DNA of 61,743 bases, the filler included, from Hausera hauseri (Eukaryota): the NCBI GenBank assembly GCA_046269625.1. It is 11 parts of 11 records of this genome, joined end to end, with 100 filler letters (N's around TTAATTAATTAA, not from the genome) between each part and the next. Parts side by side here need not be neighbours in the genome. Positions count along the whole stretch, not along the records: positions 54,938 to 61,743 come from JBJURY010063662.1; 10 more parts are not named here. One strand, 5' to 3'. Under the pieces are notes generated by a model. It was not told the DNA's origin. It saw only the letters and a program-made list of their open reading frames with translations, and did no database searches. The translations under genes and the position numbers were made by a program. Shown in pieces: positions 60,721 through 61,743 of this stretch. The first letter of the stretch is position 1, and every line of letters starts with the position of its first letter.

Positions 60721-61743
60721 GATACGACATTTCCAGAAGAAAGTAAACCAGAAAATGACACACGTACACGTAGATCCAGATATGTAGTTCCACCCAAAGA
60801 AAGTAGTTCAGAAACTACAACAGATAGCACCAACACCAATACAGACGATGAAGAAAGTGACACCCATTATGAAATTATACCTATGCCAAGTACAACTACA
60901 ATGCAACCAGAGAAAGCTAAACTGGCCGACAACGACGAGGAATTAGATACTAAAGCACGTTATGAAAATACCAGAGCAGCTGCTAGAAGAAGGTTCGACG
61001 AGGCAAAAACCAAACAAATGAAAATAGCAAGAAAAATGAGAGAAATGTCATCCGAAGATAGCGATGTCCCATTACTAGAAAGAAAACGAAGATTGCAAGA
61101 CAGAAAAATCCGACAAGCTCAAGAAGACAAAACAGATAACGAAGACACACAAGAAGAACAATCCAGCGATAAAGCTACAGAGGAAAACCCTTCCGATGTT
61201 ACTCCTAATGAATACTCGGAAACTAAAACATCCTAAATGGAATGTATAGTAAAACACACCAAACATACCCGAGACCCAGTATCTGATAATGGAGAAAAAC
61301 CATGAAATGAGATCCCACGCCAAGCAGTATTGAAGAAGAAATATTTGAAGCAAGCAACCATTCTCAGAAACCAACAAGATGGGGGAAAAAACAGCAATGG
61401 ATGCAAAAATTGCGGAAATACGCAGAGTTGTTGGCGAAAAAGACAAAGAAATGAAATAGATTCAAACACAAATAGGGGAAGTGACACTGGTTAAACGAAA
61501 TGCAGAAATGCAGATCCACGCACTTCAAAACCAGGTACAGGCAAAAGAAGATATCCTACACGATATGGAAATACAGACCATGAAACTGGAGAACGAAAAT
61601 AGGGAGAAAACTGAACAATCGCTAAGTTACGGAAGCAATTAACGAGTCTAATAAACGGCAGTATGAATACGAATGAAGCAACACAACGGGTACACGAAGA
61701 TGATGTCCACGACAGGACACAAGAAACAACAATAGTCGATAAG

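Larger units (their letters stand above)
54938..61743 (+). mobile_element. Decayed Ty3/Gypsy element: gag, pol and a low-complexity post-integrase extension
   Basis: gag-PR-RT-RNase H-IN order with many stops and frameshifts. Confidence 0.95.

Overview
AT-rich eukaryotic (invertebrate; the content suggests a planarian flatworm, which is inference) repeat-dominated sequence. It is 11 short contigs joined by artificial 100-bp spacers (44 N + TTAATTAATTAA + 44 N), so adjacency across spacers is not biological evidence. Most of the window is transposon debris: Ty3/Gypsy LTR retrotransposons, two piggyBac copies (one near-intact), mariner/Tc1/DD37D/DD41D elements, a hAT remnant and a Polinton/Maverick capsid+protease remnant. 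There is one probable host gene (C-type lectin + PAN domain) and fragments of calmodulin, DnaJ and a Scribble-like LRR. The most striking signal is a set of large, virus-like Gypsy-related elements with accessory cargo. Contig 40688-48819 reads RING, IAP (BIR-BIR-RING), UBA-RING, then one long decayed polyprotein: Gag, RS-rich tract, two REX4/ISG20-like pseudo-exonuclease domains, BH3-like motif, ubiquitin-like domain ending RGG, Bcl-2 fold, signal peptide and a chuvirus-glycoprotein-like Env, with no pol between gag and env. Contigs 1-6771 and 31842-36093 have Pol running in frame into a signal peptide and Cys-rich/FN3-like ectodomain; the same Cys motif recurs in contig 21699-26303. All domain calls are by eye and need HMM/structure confirmation.
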